This document shows, one piece after another, positions 49,700 to 61,228 of a stretch of DNA of 64,000 nt. Position numbers and translations under genes: made by a program. This DNA is from Lama guanicoe (taxonomy: Eukaryota). The stretch covers positions 4,347,167 through 4,411,166 of the forward strand of contig MU053482.1 of NCBI GenBank assembly GCA_013239625.1, written 5' to 3'. How positions within the stretch are numbered: position 1 is the first letter of the stretch; each line of letters begins with the position of its first letter. The notes under the pieces were generated by a model, which saw only the letters and a program-made list of their open reading frames with translations, did no database searches and was not told the DNA's origin.

Positions 49700-50315
49700 T
49701 CTCTATTGACATCAGTCATGCACCCTCTTCCTCATTGTAATTGTATGGTTGTAAAAGAAACATTTTTCTGTGCCATCTATAGCTTCACAGACACACTCCC
49801 TTCTGTCTGGCCCCACCACCTCAAAAAATGCACAGACACAGCTAGGGCTGAACTGAACTAGTGATGGCCACCTGACCCACAAGTAGTGAGTATGCTCACT
49901 GCCAAGGAATCTGACTTTGTGTGACCTTGCACCAAGGGATGAGTGGGGCTGAACAGATTCCATCTTGAGAACTTGATATAAGACACAAGCTGACAGTGGT
50001 GAGAAGTTCCCATCAATTGAAAGTAATGGCAACTGTTTGCAAGTTGATGAGTAAAAGGGGGAAGCTGTTCTGCAGAGAAAGGAAAATGGGGCTGACAAGA
50101 AGCAAAGAGGAGAGAGAAGCTTGTGACCCGGGAGAGGGAAATGGTGGTAGACAGCTGCTTCTATTCCTCTCAATCTCCCCTGAAGCTCAGCTGCACTTGA
50201 TTTCATGTCCTTTGATTCTGTGAGAGCTCTGTTTCTTGTAATAAACACTATTCTTTACTGGAGTAACTTTGAACGAGTTTTGTTTTCTTGCAACCAAAGG
50301 AGCCATAACTTGAAC
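49700..50315 (+). mobile_element. Ancient LTR remnant (ERVL/Gypsy-class, family uncertain)
   Basis: ggccacctgaccca; 3' LTR-like end cttgtaataaacac...tttcttgcaaccaaaggagcc. Confidence 0.5.
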
Positions 50316-50479
50316 AATTTCATGTCTTTTAAATTATCTCCTAACACTGCCTAGTAACTTCCTTACGGATAAGCAATGTTTTTTATTTCATCTGTGTAAC
50401 ACAGCTCGTAGTTACATGACTGAATTATACAAATGCTGATAAGGTTAATAATGAATGAAGTCATTAATCTGGTTACTGA

Positions 50480-50892
50480 TACCTCTACTACCACCAGAAT
50501 TAGTGAATTGCTTGTTTTGTCTGCCCTACACCGATTCCTTTGTAAAATGTTTTTTTCTCTATTCCCTGTAGCTCTGGTGGGACTAAGAATCGCAGGCTCC
50601 CATCCCTCACCCACTAAAGCGGGCATATGACTCATGATTTAGGTCAGTCTGGTTCCCCCTGCAGGATTTTGAATCTAAGTCATTGGATGGTAGTTCCCTA
50701 AAGAAAGGTTGGTAGGTTTCTGCCGTTGAGAACTCTGACACTTCCCTTGATTCCTGGCCTTTCAGAGGTCTGGTTGTTCAGCTTTTACTTCTGTCCTAGG
50801 GATGTTTGCTATCCTTCCAAAACCCACCTTTTCTTGTTTAAGAAGTCAGAGTCCATTTCTATTGCTTTCAGCCTAAGACTCTTCTCTGATAT
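50480..50892 (+). mobile_element. ERVL LTR remnant (LTR16/LTR33-like)
   Basis: gggcatatgactca...caggattttgaatct...cttttcttgtttaag...tttctattgctttcagcctaagactc...gatata. Confidence 0.55.
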
Positions 50893-51704
50893 AGCTTGGT
50901 TCCAGAGAGGCCAGTTTCTCCCCTGGCTTATACAGAATAACTGGAAGAAAACCTCCTTTTTGGAAAGAGCGGCTAACTTTGAAGCAGGCTATCTTTAAAA
51001 CAAATAAAATATTTCTTTATTGATCAGTTGCTCCACTGCTGTTTTCTTTTTCCATCTCTGATCCAACCTCTGGGCTGCCTTTTCTTCAAGAGACATCATG
51101 AGTTCTGCCTCGGTTGTTTATATTCAAACTTATCCTCATATTCTAAGGCTATCTATGAGTGAGAGTCATGAACATAAATCTTTAAAGAAGTTGTATGTAT
51201 TTGGCAACCCAGGCAACAGAAGCTAACTTCACTTAGCCAAGTTAACACTTTTCTACAGCAATATAAAACAGATTTCATTCCTTGGGTGTGAAGGATCTGC
51301 ACTCAACCTAAGAAGGCATCTCCTAGGCTTGAATCTGGTGTCTCAGCTTCTGACGACGGACCCACTCTGGACCTTTGGATCAGCATCCCTCCTTAGAGAG
51401 AAGCCATGCTTAGGGTGTTGGCCCTGATTCTCCCAAGACCTCAAGTTCCAAGGCAGTTTGTCTCCTCTCAACACTCTGACTCATTATCCTGTTTTACTGA
51501 AGTACTTAGAATGAGAGCTTTTGGGAAGTGCTCTGTGCAATTATATAAATGAATAGGCACATTTATCTGAAATGTTTTCAGATTTCCTAGAAAGACATTT
51601 TGTGTTCTTTCTCTGACACTGATTTCTAAAACTGGATAACAGCCCTGGGGGAGTATCCTTGCCCTATTCGGGGACCTGCATTTCCAAGGCAATCTAAAAC
51701 CCAG

Positions 51705-53880
51705 TCAATAGGTATTCATTCGTTTTGCAAATTATTGTTGAGTACATACTGCATTCCAGGCACATTCCAGCTGCGTATACAATGGTGAAGAAAACAGAGT
51801 TAACTCTGCCTCCAAGGAGGACAGGGTCCCGTGGAGGAGAGAGAAAAAAAATAAGTAAATAAACTTAAAAAACATTAGTCATGAGTAATTAGTGATATGA
51901 AAAAATTAACAGGAAATTGCACTAGAAGGGAATCTTAGAGGGTAGAAGAGGCTCCCTGAGGCCTGAAGATACAGACTGAAGGATACTGGAATCAGATAGA
52001 TGGAATAGCTCAGATGAGGCCTGGAGGGAGGGAAGAGGTTCACGTGCTTGAGGAATAAGTGGAGCAGGTGAAGGATGGAGTCGGATAACGTGGGAGAGAG
52101 AGTTTGGGCTATCCAAGGAGTTTTGATTTTATCTCAAGTGTAATGAAAATATAGCCACTTTGGAAAACACTTTGGCAGTTTCTTTAAAAGCTAAACGTAG
52201 TTTTTCCATACAGCCCAGCAATTCCACTACTAAGCATCCACCCAAGAGAAATGAAAACATGCATCTACATAAAGACTTGCACGTAAGCGTTCATAGCAGC
52301 ATTGCTCATAATGGCCTAAGACTAGAAACGATTCAGTTGTCCATCAATATCAGCATGGGTAAGTAAATGTGGTATGTCTATACAATGGGAGGCTGCTAGA
52401 CAAGTAAAAAAAGGGTAAACTATTCATACAAGATCAAACTCGTTCTGGTTGGTGGCTTCTTGGGTGTTTATAATTATGAAAACTCACTGAATGGACCATG
52501 TAAGGTCTGTATATTTTATCGTATGTAAATTATAGCTACATATTTTATAATGCAGAGGAAAGTTGCAGAAGGGTTGGTAAAGCAAGGGAAAAATGTGACT
52601 TGATTTGTTCTTAACATATTCCTCTGGTTCCTTTGTAAAAAACAAGTTGGTTGACCATTAAAGGGGTTATTGAAGCACTCCAGAAGATGCTGAAAGCTTT
52701 GACTAGCAAGCAATAAGGGAAGCCAATATATAGATTTAAGATGTATTAGGAGGTAGAAATGACATAATTTGTTTATTTTTTAGAAGAGGAAGAAATAAAG
52801 GAAAACACCTCTATTTTTGACTTGAGCAAATGGATAGTCTTGCTGTTTACTGAAATGGATTAGCAGACTATGAAAGGGGCAGGTTTGATTGAAGGTATAG
52901 GGGAGAGACAATCAAGAGCTCTGTATTGGGCATATTTCAACTGAGATGCATATGCTATATCCAAGAAGAAAACTTAAGTAGACGGTTGGATGTGTACGTC
53001 TGGAGTTCAAATGAGAGGTTGAGATGGAGATACAAATTTGGTCGTCATCAGCATCTTAGGTCATGAACATAGGTCATTTACGAAGAGAGTGCAGAGAGAG
53101 AACAAGCCCTAGGAAACACCAATTAGACATTGGAGGGGGGGGTCTGTGACAGAGACTGAGGGAAATTGTCAGAGATACCAAAAGTGGGAAGAAAACCAAT
53201 GGTGTAATGTCAAATGAAGGAGAGACCACTCTGGGTCTAATGCAACTGAGAGGCTGAGATGAGAAAACAAACTGTCCATTGAACTTGACAACATGGTAAA
53301 CTTGACACAAGAAGTTTTGGTGAAATGATAAGAAAAGAGACCCAATCTGAGAGTTTTAAAGAGTGACCAAAGGTGAAACAGTGGAGGTAAGTATATGAAA
53401 AACTATTTTGAGATACTAAACTATGAAGAGATGCAGAGAAGTAGGCAGTAGTTGGAGAGGACTAAGGGAACCAAAGAAAAACTTTTAGGCATAAAGGAGA
53501 GTCAGTCATGTTTGTGAGCTGAAAAAAACAGCCCCACCAAAAAATGAGAAGGTTGATAATTTAGGAGGCATAGCAGACAACTGGAGGAGTAAAACTTGAG
53601 AAAGTGAGAGAGGGTGGCATCCAGAGCCTGTTAAGGGTCCAGCTTCAGGAGGAGCTGAGCTGTGATGGAAGCGACACACTTTCTCCTTCATTCTGGAGGG
53701 CAGACAGGGAAGATGCAGATGAACGTAGATGTAGAATAGGGGAGTTCTTGTCTGATGGCTCTAATTTTTCATTTGGATACAACTGATGTGGGATAACTAG
53801 ATCAGAGTGAAGAGCGCAGGGATGAAGTAGGAGATTTGAGAGGAAAGTTGAAGGTATGCAAGATTACCCTGAAGTATGGA
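51705..53880 (-). mobile_element. Long L2 remnant with an inserted L1 3' fragment (+ strand, ~52150-52545)
   Basis: L2: attcattcg...ttgttgagtacatactgcattccaggcac; ttggatgtgtacgtctggagttca; L1: gccactttggaaaacactttggcagtttc...cccaagagaaatgaaaacatg. Confidence 0.8.
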
Positions 53881-53888
53881 ATAGCAAG

Positions 53889-54057
53889 TTTATATATATA
53901 TATAAAAATATGTATCATGTATAATAAATATATAATTATATTAATATTAATATAATTTAATATTTATTATATGATATATTTAATATATTATACATTTATT
54001 GTATATTATATATTTATTATACATAATAAATTATATGTATAATTTATATATATATAG
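53889..54057. repeat. AT-rich low-complexity tract with inverted repeats
   Basis: About 170 nt almost entirely A/T, flanked by (TA)n. Confidence 0.9.
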
Positions 54058-54698
54058 CTGCACAGTGCATTAAAATTATGAATTTAAAGAGAAGTTTTTC
54101 AGCCTGATTATAAGATTTTCTCCAGCAGTATTCAGTTTCTCAGATTCATGCAGGTAGATGGCTGAGTTCGTGTGGACTCAGAGTTTTGCCAAATGAGTAT
54201 GCCTGCTGCAGGCAGTCAGGCAAGGACCAGACAAGTGGTAGAAACTACGGGCCAAGTAATGGATGCTCAACAGAAGGGACATGTTGAAAGGAGAGTCAGG
54301 TTCTGTCTCAGTTTATAGTTTATATATCTGTGCTTCCCTTTCCTACCATCTCCCTACAACCACCACACTTTGCATTTGGGTCAACTCTTGTGTCTATTAA
54401 TACTGACTGGAGGCTAGAAGAGAGATCTAACCAGCTTGCAGTCCTGCTTCTGAGGTTCAGCCTTTGGTCTCCCCTGATTTCCACATTCAGATCCATTTCA
54501 CAAGTACTGAATTCCTACATACCCATCCATCATGCGACTGGACTGAGTCTTCACATGGTACCCTGGGCTACCAGCAACTAGAACCCCTTTTTCCAAATCC
54601 ATGCTCCAGTAAAATGAAGACCTTCAGACGAGTGGCTGGAGTCCTGCTGACTGCTTTCTAGCTGCCTTGTGCCAATTCTTTCCACCATGGGACTTCCT

Positions 54699-54770
54699 CT
54701 GCTTCTCTGCCTCTCATATCACTAGTGCTCTCTAAGGGAGAAGGTGTTGTAACTTGATTAGTCAGAACCT
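54699..54770 (-). other. Sequence apparently orthologous to the human MIR4299 locus (seed diverged; not called as a functional miRNA)
   Basis: The minus strand AGGTTCTGACTAATCAAGTTACAACACCTTCTCCCTTAGAGAGCACTAGTGATATGAGAGGCAGAG aligns without gaps to the hsa-mir-4299 precursor as I recall it. Its position ~32 kb upstream of GALNT18 fits human synteny. Confidence 0.6.
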
Positions 54771-55122
54771 GAACAGTCAATGCACCATATTTTACTAATG
54801 GCATTCAAGTTCAGGTGCTTGCCTAGTTTTTAAGGATGGTGTTTTATTTCCCATTTGGCTTCTGGTCCTTGTGGGTACCTCCCTTGGTTAAGGGTCTAGT
54901 GGGAAGAAGCATCCAGACATTCCTGTATCCCATAGTGTCCATAATAGACATTATCCTGGCCATAATGTTATCATAATAGAATCCAAAACTCGCTTTTACC
55001 CTTGAGCCATCCAGCACCCTACCAAGATTCTTGATTAACGTTCGTCCTAAATTCTCCATTAATTAGTCCCACCCACTTAATGAAATCCCCAAACTTTTAT
55101 TCTGACACCTTATACAACGTGA

Positions 55123-55554
55123 CTGTTATGAATTGAATTGTGCCTCCCCAAAAGATATGTTGAAGCCCTAACCCCAGTACCCTCAGAATGTGACCTTATT
55201 TAAAAATAGGGTCATTACAGATGGAATTAGTTAAGAGGCATTCATCCTGGAGTAGGAGGGGCCCTTAATCCAGTATGACTGGTGTCCTTGTAGGCAGAGA
55301 AGAGACAGAGATGCATGAAGAAAGAACGCCATGTCATGGCAGAGGCAGGGATTGCAGTGCCGCAGCAGCAAGCCAAGGAACACCAAGGATGGCTGGCACA
55401 CCCTCAGAAGCTAGGAAGAGGCAAGGAAGAATCTCTCCTGAAGGTTTTAGAGGGAGCAGGGCTCTCCCAGCACATTGACTTTGGATTTCTAGCTTCCAGG
55501 ACTATGAGATGGTAAATTTCATTACTTCATTACAGCAACCCTAGAAACAAATTC
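55123..55554 (+). mobile_element. MaLR solo LTR (MLT1B/C-like)
   Basis: tgttatgaattgaattgtgcctccccaaaagatatgttgaagccctaacccc...aagccaaggaacaccaagg...acagcaaccctagaaacaaattca. Confidence 0.9.
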
Positions 55555-56574
55555 AATTACCACCACCACTGTGGTCCCCACAGACACCTGCTTTCCTTCC
55601 AGACTGAAGCTTCCTTAAGTGACAGAAGCTGAGTCTTCCTGGAGTTCCTGCTTCCTTTCTGATGGATGAGCTTTATTTAAAGTCCTAGGTCACCCCTGTC
55701 CTGCCTTAGGAAACCAGGCAGGGCTGAGCTCCCTGCTAAGTCAGTCTGCCAAGCACAGATTTGCTTTGGTTTTATAGAGGGTCAACATATCCCAGCTATA
55801 GCACTAGGAGGGTCTCTTTGACATGGTGACCATGGCAACCATCCAGCTGAGGAAGCACTGAGTGCTCCAGCTAGCCCAGAAAGAAAATGCCTCCTTCCTT
55901 ACTAGCAATGCAAGAAAAAGTTCTGAAAGAGACCAGAAAGGGTTCACACTGAGCCTTCTGCACAGTGACCCAGGAAAGGTAGGGTCCTTATGTGCTAGGA
56001 TGTTTACATGAGCTGATGATGGGCACAGAATGAGGAAAGCAAAGATCAGCCAATAGCATGAGGAAGAGTGAGTGATACCAAACCAGGTGGAGGTACAGGG
56101 AGCGGCTGCACTAGCCAAGGTGTTTAGGGAATTTAAATACAGTCCACACTGGATCAAGGGACAGAAAAGGTGGCATAGGGGTCACTGCCTAGTCTAACAT
56201 GGAGAAGAAACAGAGGAGCCCATATAGAATGGGCAGCTGTGCCACATCATGTACAGTGCTGCATCCTGGGGCCAGAGATGTGGCTGTTCAGGCTGCATCC
56301 ACGCAGTGCTGGGAAGAACATGATTCAAGGCCTTAGCTCCCAAGACAAGGGCTACAAAGGCTACGTAGAGGGTTAAGGCTCCAGCCAAGTGGGCTGGGAT
56401 TTTGGTAAGATCCCTAATCTGAAAGAAAGTGTGTGAAAGGAGGCAGGGAACCATGAGAGGATCCCAGACTGTGGATGGAGTCCACATAGTGAGAAGCAGA
56501 AAGGCAGGGAATTTTCCAAGTTGGACGCTGCACAGATATCCAAGGCTTATCTGGGCTCATCAAGTCCTGGGTCT

Positions 56575-56815
56575 GGTTCATTCAACAAATATTTATTGAA
56601 TTTTTACTGTGTTCAATCCAATTCATGCTAAGAATACAAAGGGAACACGATACAAAATTTTCCCTGGAGGAGCCTGGTCAAACCGGGAAAACAGACCCAT
56701 CAGCAAAGAGTTCACGCAGTGTGATAAATGGTAGATTTAGATATGAACAAAATGCCGTGGGAATGCAGAGGGGAGGGGCACAGCTCTGCCCAGGAAATGG
56801 GGAGGAGGGACAGAA
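56575..56815 (-). mobile_element. L2 3' fragment
   Basis: ttcattcaacaaatatttattgaatttttactgtg...ccctggaggagc...aaatgccgtgggaatgcagaggggag. Confidence 0.75.
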
Positions 56816-57637
56816 AATATATTGCATTGGCTTTATGGTGACCTAGATAAGCCACAAAATAAAAAGAAAACAGAATTTTATTACAACCTTATCCTCCAAA
56901 TCCTCAATCTCATAGTTCAAATGACTTCATTTCATTCTTACTGTTTCATGTCTCTTTTGAATTACTGAGTTCAAATTAAAAATAATCACATATTGATCAC
57001 ATATTGAAATTACTCACCACTGTATCATTAAAACATTGGTGCTTGATCAAAGTTCTGTGGATTTCTAGATCTAAAACCTCCACACCCTCAAAAGCTTGGT
57101 AGTGTTACCTGATAGCTGGCCTGACATGCAGCAAAGTCACCTTACTGACACTAGGTTGTGTTGAAAGAAAGTATAGCATTTATTGCAGGGCTCCACAGGA
57201 TCCTGCTCAGTTTTAGTAGTCTCTGTCCCATGGGGTCAGATGACAGACCCAGCTGGTGACCAGATGCCACAGGAGGTTATGGGGATATTTCTCATGTTAA
57301 CTTGGAGCACTTGTTGAACCCTCTTCTCCCTGTCATCAGAATACCAGGAGGAAACACAATAAAGCCTAGCACAATAGAAACCTAGCAGATCACTTTCCCT
57401 GCCTGGCTATCTCTACTTCCAAAGAGACTTCTCCCAAGGCCTACGTTGATTGGACAGTTGGCTTGTGGCACCACGCCCTGGAGAGAGCTAATTGGTCCAC
57501 CAATGAATACCTGACCCAAACTGACCAATGTGATTCTTACTTTCCAGGAGCTTTACTGGTCTCTCGAGAGCACTTCAGCTAGGGAGGTGTATAAAACTGG
57601 GACTAGGGCAGCCACGTTTGGTTCAAGTTTAAGTGGG

Positions 57638-59062
57638 ACACTCCCAGACTTCAGACAATACTACAGATGTACAGTAATCAAAACAGAGTGGTATTGGCAC
57701 AAAAACAGACATATGGATCAATTGAACAGAATAGAGAGCCTGGAAATAAACCCACAGACTTACGGTCAATTAATCTTCAACAAAAGAGGTAAGAATATAC
57801 AATGGAGAAAAGACAGTCCCTTCAGCAAGTGGTGTTAGGAAAACTGGACAGCTGCATATAAATCAATGATGTTAGAACACTCCCTCACACCATACACAAA
57901 AATAAATTCAAAATGGCTTAAAGGCTTAAACATAAGACAAGACACTATTAACCTCCCAGGAGAAAATGTAGGCAAAACATTCTCTGACATAAATCTTAGC
58001 AATGTTCTCCTAGGACAGTCTACCCAGGCAACAGCAATAAAAGCAAAAATAAAGAAATGGGACCTAATGAAACCTATAAGCTTTTGCACAGCAAAGGAAA
58101 CCATAAGCGAAACAAAAAGACAACCTGTGGAATGGGAGAAAATATTTACAAATGATGCAACTGACAAGGGCTTAATTTCCAGGACGTATAAACAGTACAC
58201 ACAGCTTAATAACAAAAAAACAAATAACCCAATTCAAAAATGGGCAGATCTAAATAAGCAATTCTCCAACGAAGACATACAAATGGTCAATAGGCACATG
58301 GAAAAATACTCAATAAACGCAAATCAAAACTATAATGACGTATCATCTCACACCAGTCAGAATGGCCATCATTCAAAAGTGCACAAGCAATAAATGCTGG
58401 AGAGGGTGTGGAGAAAATGGAACCCTCCTACACTGCTGGTGGGAATGCAGTTTGGTGCAGCCGTTATGGAAAACAGAATAAAGATTCCTCAAAAAACTAA
58501 AAATAGACTTACCATATGATCCAGCAATCCCACTCCTGGGCATATATATAGAGGGGACTCAAATTTGAAAAGATACATGCACCCCAATGTTCATAGCAGC
58601 ACTATGTACAATAGCCAAGACATGGTATATTTATACATTGGAATACTAGTCAGCCATTAAAAAGAACAAAATCATGCCATTTGCAGCAACATGGATGGAC
58701 CTGGAGATTGTCATTCTAAGTGATATAAGCCAGAAAGAGAGAGAAAAATACCATATGATGTCACTCATATGTGGAATCTTAAAAAAAAAAAAAAACATGG
58801 TTACCAGGAGGGATGGGGGCAGGAAGGGATAAATTGGAAGTCTGAGATTTGCAGTTACTAACTACTATATATAAAATAGATAAACAACAAGTTTCTTCTG
58901 TATAGCACAGGGAACTATATTCAATATGTTGTAGTAACCTATAATGAAAAAGAATATGAAAAGGAATATATATGTATATGTATGACAGAAACATTATGCT
59001 GTACACCAGAAATTGGCACAACATTGTAAACTGACTGTACTTCCATTTAAAAAAGAAAAAAA
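57638..59062 (+). mobile_element. 5'-truncated, relatively young LINE-1 (ORF2 C-terminal part + camelid-type 3' UTR + A tail), inactivated
   Basis: ORF2 peptide TLPDFRQYY...[19 protein letters not shown] and HSLTPYTKINSKWLK.LN..; premature TAG at 57836-57838 (KWC*ENW); frameshifts and deletions further on; 3' UTR gggataaattgg...agatttgcag...gcacagggaactatattc. Confidence 0.95.
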
Positions 59063-61196
59063 CACACACAAGGGGACTCTTCTACTTGTTTATGGTGTGG
59101 GAACCTCTGAAGAGAAAGTGGGAAAATTTGCATCATGGACACAGTTTCCAAGAGGGAAGAAACCCATGCCATTAATCCATTCCCTTCAAGACTTATAAAG
59201 AGGAATATCTAAGGGGTAGGCTTAGATGCCCCTATTCACAACCCAGCAGCAGTGATAGCAAAGGAATTCCCAAGTAGGCTGCCATGGGAGTAAAGACAGG
59301 TAGAACTTATGGGTTGTCCTGCCACCCTATTAAAAAAGGGAACAGGGATTGTGGGTCAGTAGGCACTGAAGCCAGGCTGGAACCAGCCTATTAGGCACTG
59401 ACTTGAGCCCTATTCTGTGGCCATGAATTGCACTGAAAAAGCCGATTACTGAGTGCTCTAACTTACAGGATTGAAACATGGAGGCTTCGCATCTAAAACC
59501 CTGAGGAACCACAGCAATCGAAGAGGGTTCTACATCAACATTTATAGCAGAGATTTGAGGGAAAATGACCTTCAGAGTGGTTCTGTTCCACAAAGTTTCC
59601 CACAGTAAAAAAGCAGGGCTGTGCTGCTTTTTCATAGCAACCTAAAAGGAGGGAGCCCTTGTGCTGACTGGACCACCCAAGGTGCAGGCTCCCCACATTA
59701 CTGTGGAGGCTGGGTGATAGGGTCAGTTTCCCAGGGAGCCCTTTCACTGGGCACTGGCTTCACCACTTCTTGAGATGTACTATGGCTGGGACAAGAGGGA
59801 GCCGAGGTCCTTGCTGCTGCCACTGCCTTCAGACCTGGCCCACTGGGGCCAGTTTAACTCAGCAGCCAGCAGCACCCTTCCACCACAGTCTTCACCACAA
59901 TGGGATAAGGGGGGTCCCCAAGTTGAAAGTATATGCATAGTATATTCAAATGGGGAGGCGTTTGCAGCTTTGGAAGGGTTAAGCTGGATTTCTGATCTTC
60001 CTACTGCTCCCAGCATGGGTGGCACTGCATTTCCCCCAACACTTGGCCAAGGCATGCTCATCACACCCCACAGTACAAATCAGAAACCCTTATGTCCTTC
60101 CAATTAATTCTACCTTTTCCTTAAATTAGCTTGCATGGTCCTGTCACAGGTACCTAATAATCCTTGAATAAGGCAGAAACTAAGGTTAAGAGAGGATCAT
60201 TGTTAGAATCAAGGTAGAAATTTCTCTAATTTATAGAGCTAATTTAAAAAGCAAACATTTGGTATGTTCCTGTTAAGGTCAGACTGAGCTACACAGTTAA
60301 TGACTAAATACCCTGCCCTCTGAACCCAAGGTGGGGGACAGGGGAGAAGGCAGTAAAAACTTTGTATGAAGATGCCCTCCACCCCACAGCTTCTTCCCCT
60401 GGGTACACGTGTGAGGACCTACAAAATAAGAAAGCTACCAACTGTACTATTATTTTCTGAGGCAGCCAAATTCAAGCTAATTTATTTGCTCCCTTCCCCT
60501 GTCCCCTTACTATCCGCCCTATTTTCTAGAACTGTTTAGAAACTAAAACTCCAAGAATACAACAATGTTGAGAGCAAAGGTGCTGCATCCTAGAAAACGT
60601 CAAGTTAGGACAGAGAGAGACCCCTAGAAGCTCAGTACTCCAGAGCCTAGGGCTTTCCACATGCTGCATGCAGACAAGAAGGAACTGGACTCAGGCTCAC
60701 GCTTAGACAGAGAACCAGGACCTCAGAGCAGGAGACCGTTCCTCTGCCCAAAGGCAGATGCCGGCAGGACTGCGGAAGCAGACGCTGGAGCCGTGCACCT
60801 CAGATCACACAGCAACTCAAGATGCACGATGAGGGAGTGAGGGGGGAGGCGGGTGCCAAGACCCTTGAGGAATTAGGGCAGTCTGTTGGCAAAATGAAAG
60901 TCTAGTTTAATTTCTTCTCATAAATGAACAAACAACTGAAAAATCCACTATGAAGCACAATAAACAGACAAAATTGTATCTTTGAAAAATTGTTTACCAC
61001 AAGAGACAAATTTTCAGAAACCTGCTTGATGTTTCAGTACCATAAAAGAAGCCCCGGTCACTGTGAGGCAGACCAAAAGGACCACAAAGGGAAACCAAGC
61101 TAAGATGAAGAGAACTGGATGAAATTTTAAAAGACATAACAGAATCCCAAATAAAATAGCAAAAAGTGTTAAATACCTTTAAATGGCAACATGGAC

Positions 61197-61198
<2 letters not shown>

Positions 61199-61228
<30 letters not shown>
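61199..61228. repeat. (CA)n microsatellite
   Basis: Read directly. Confidence 0.95.

Noticed and set aside
56985..57007. Tandem 11-mer ATCACATATTG x2
   Set aside because: Ordinary micro-duplication with no further structure
57530..58393. Protein-coding gene (reverse-transcriptase-related ORFs)
   Set aside because: Fragments of L1 ORF2 with a premature stop and frameshift; 5'-truncated
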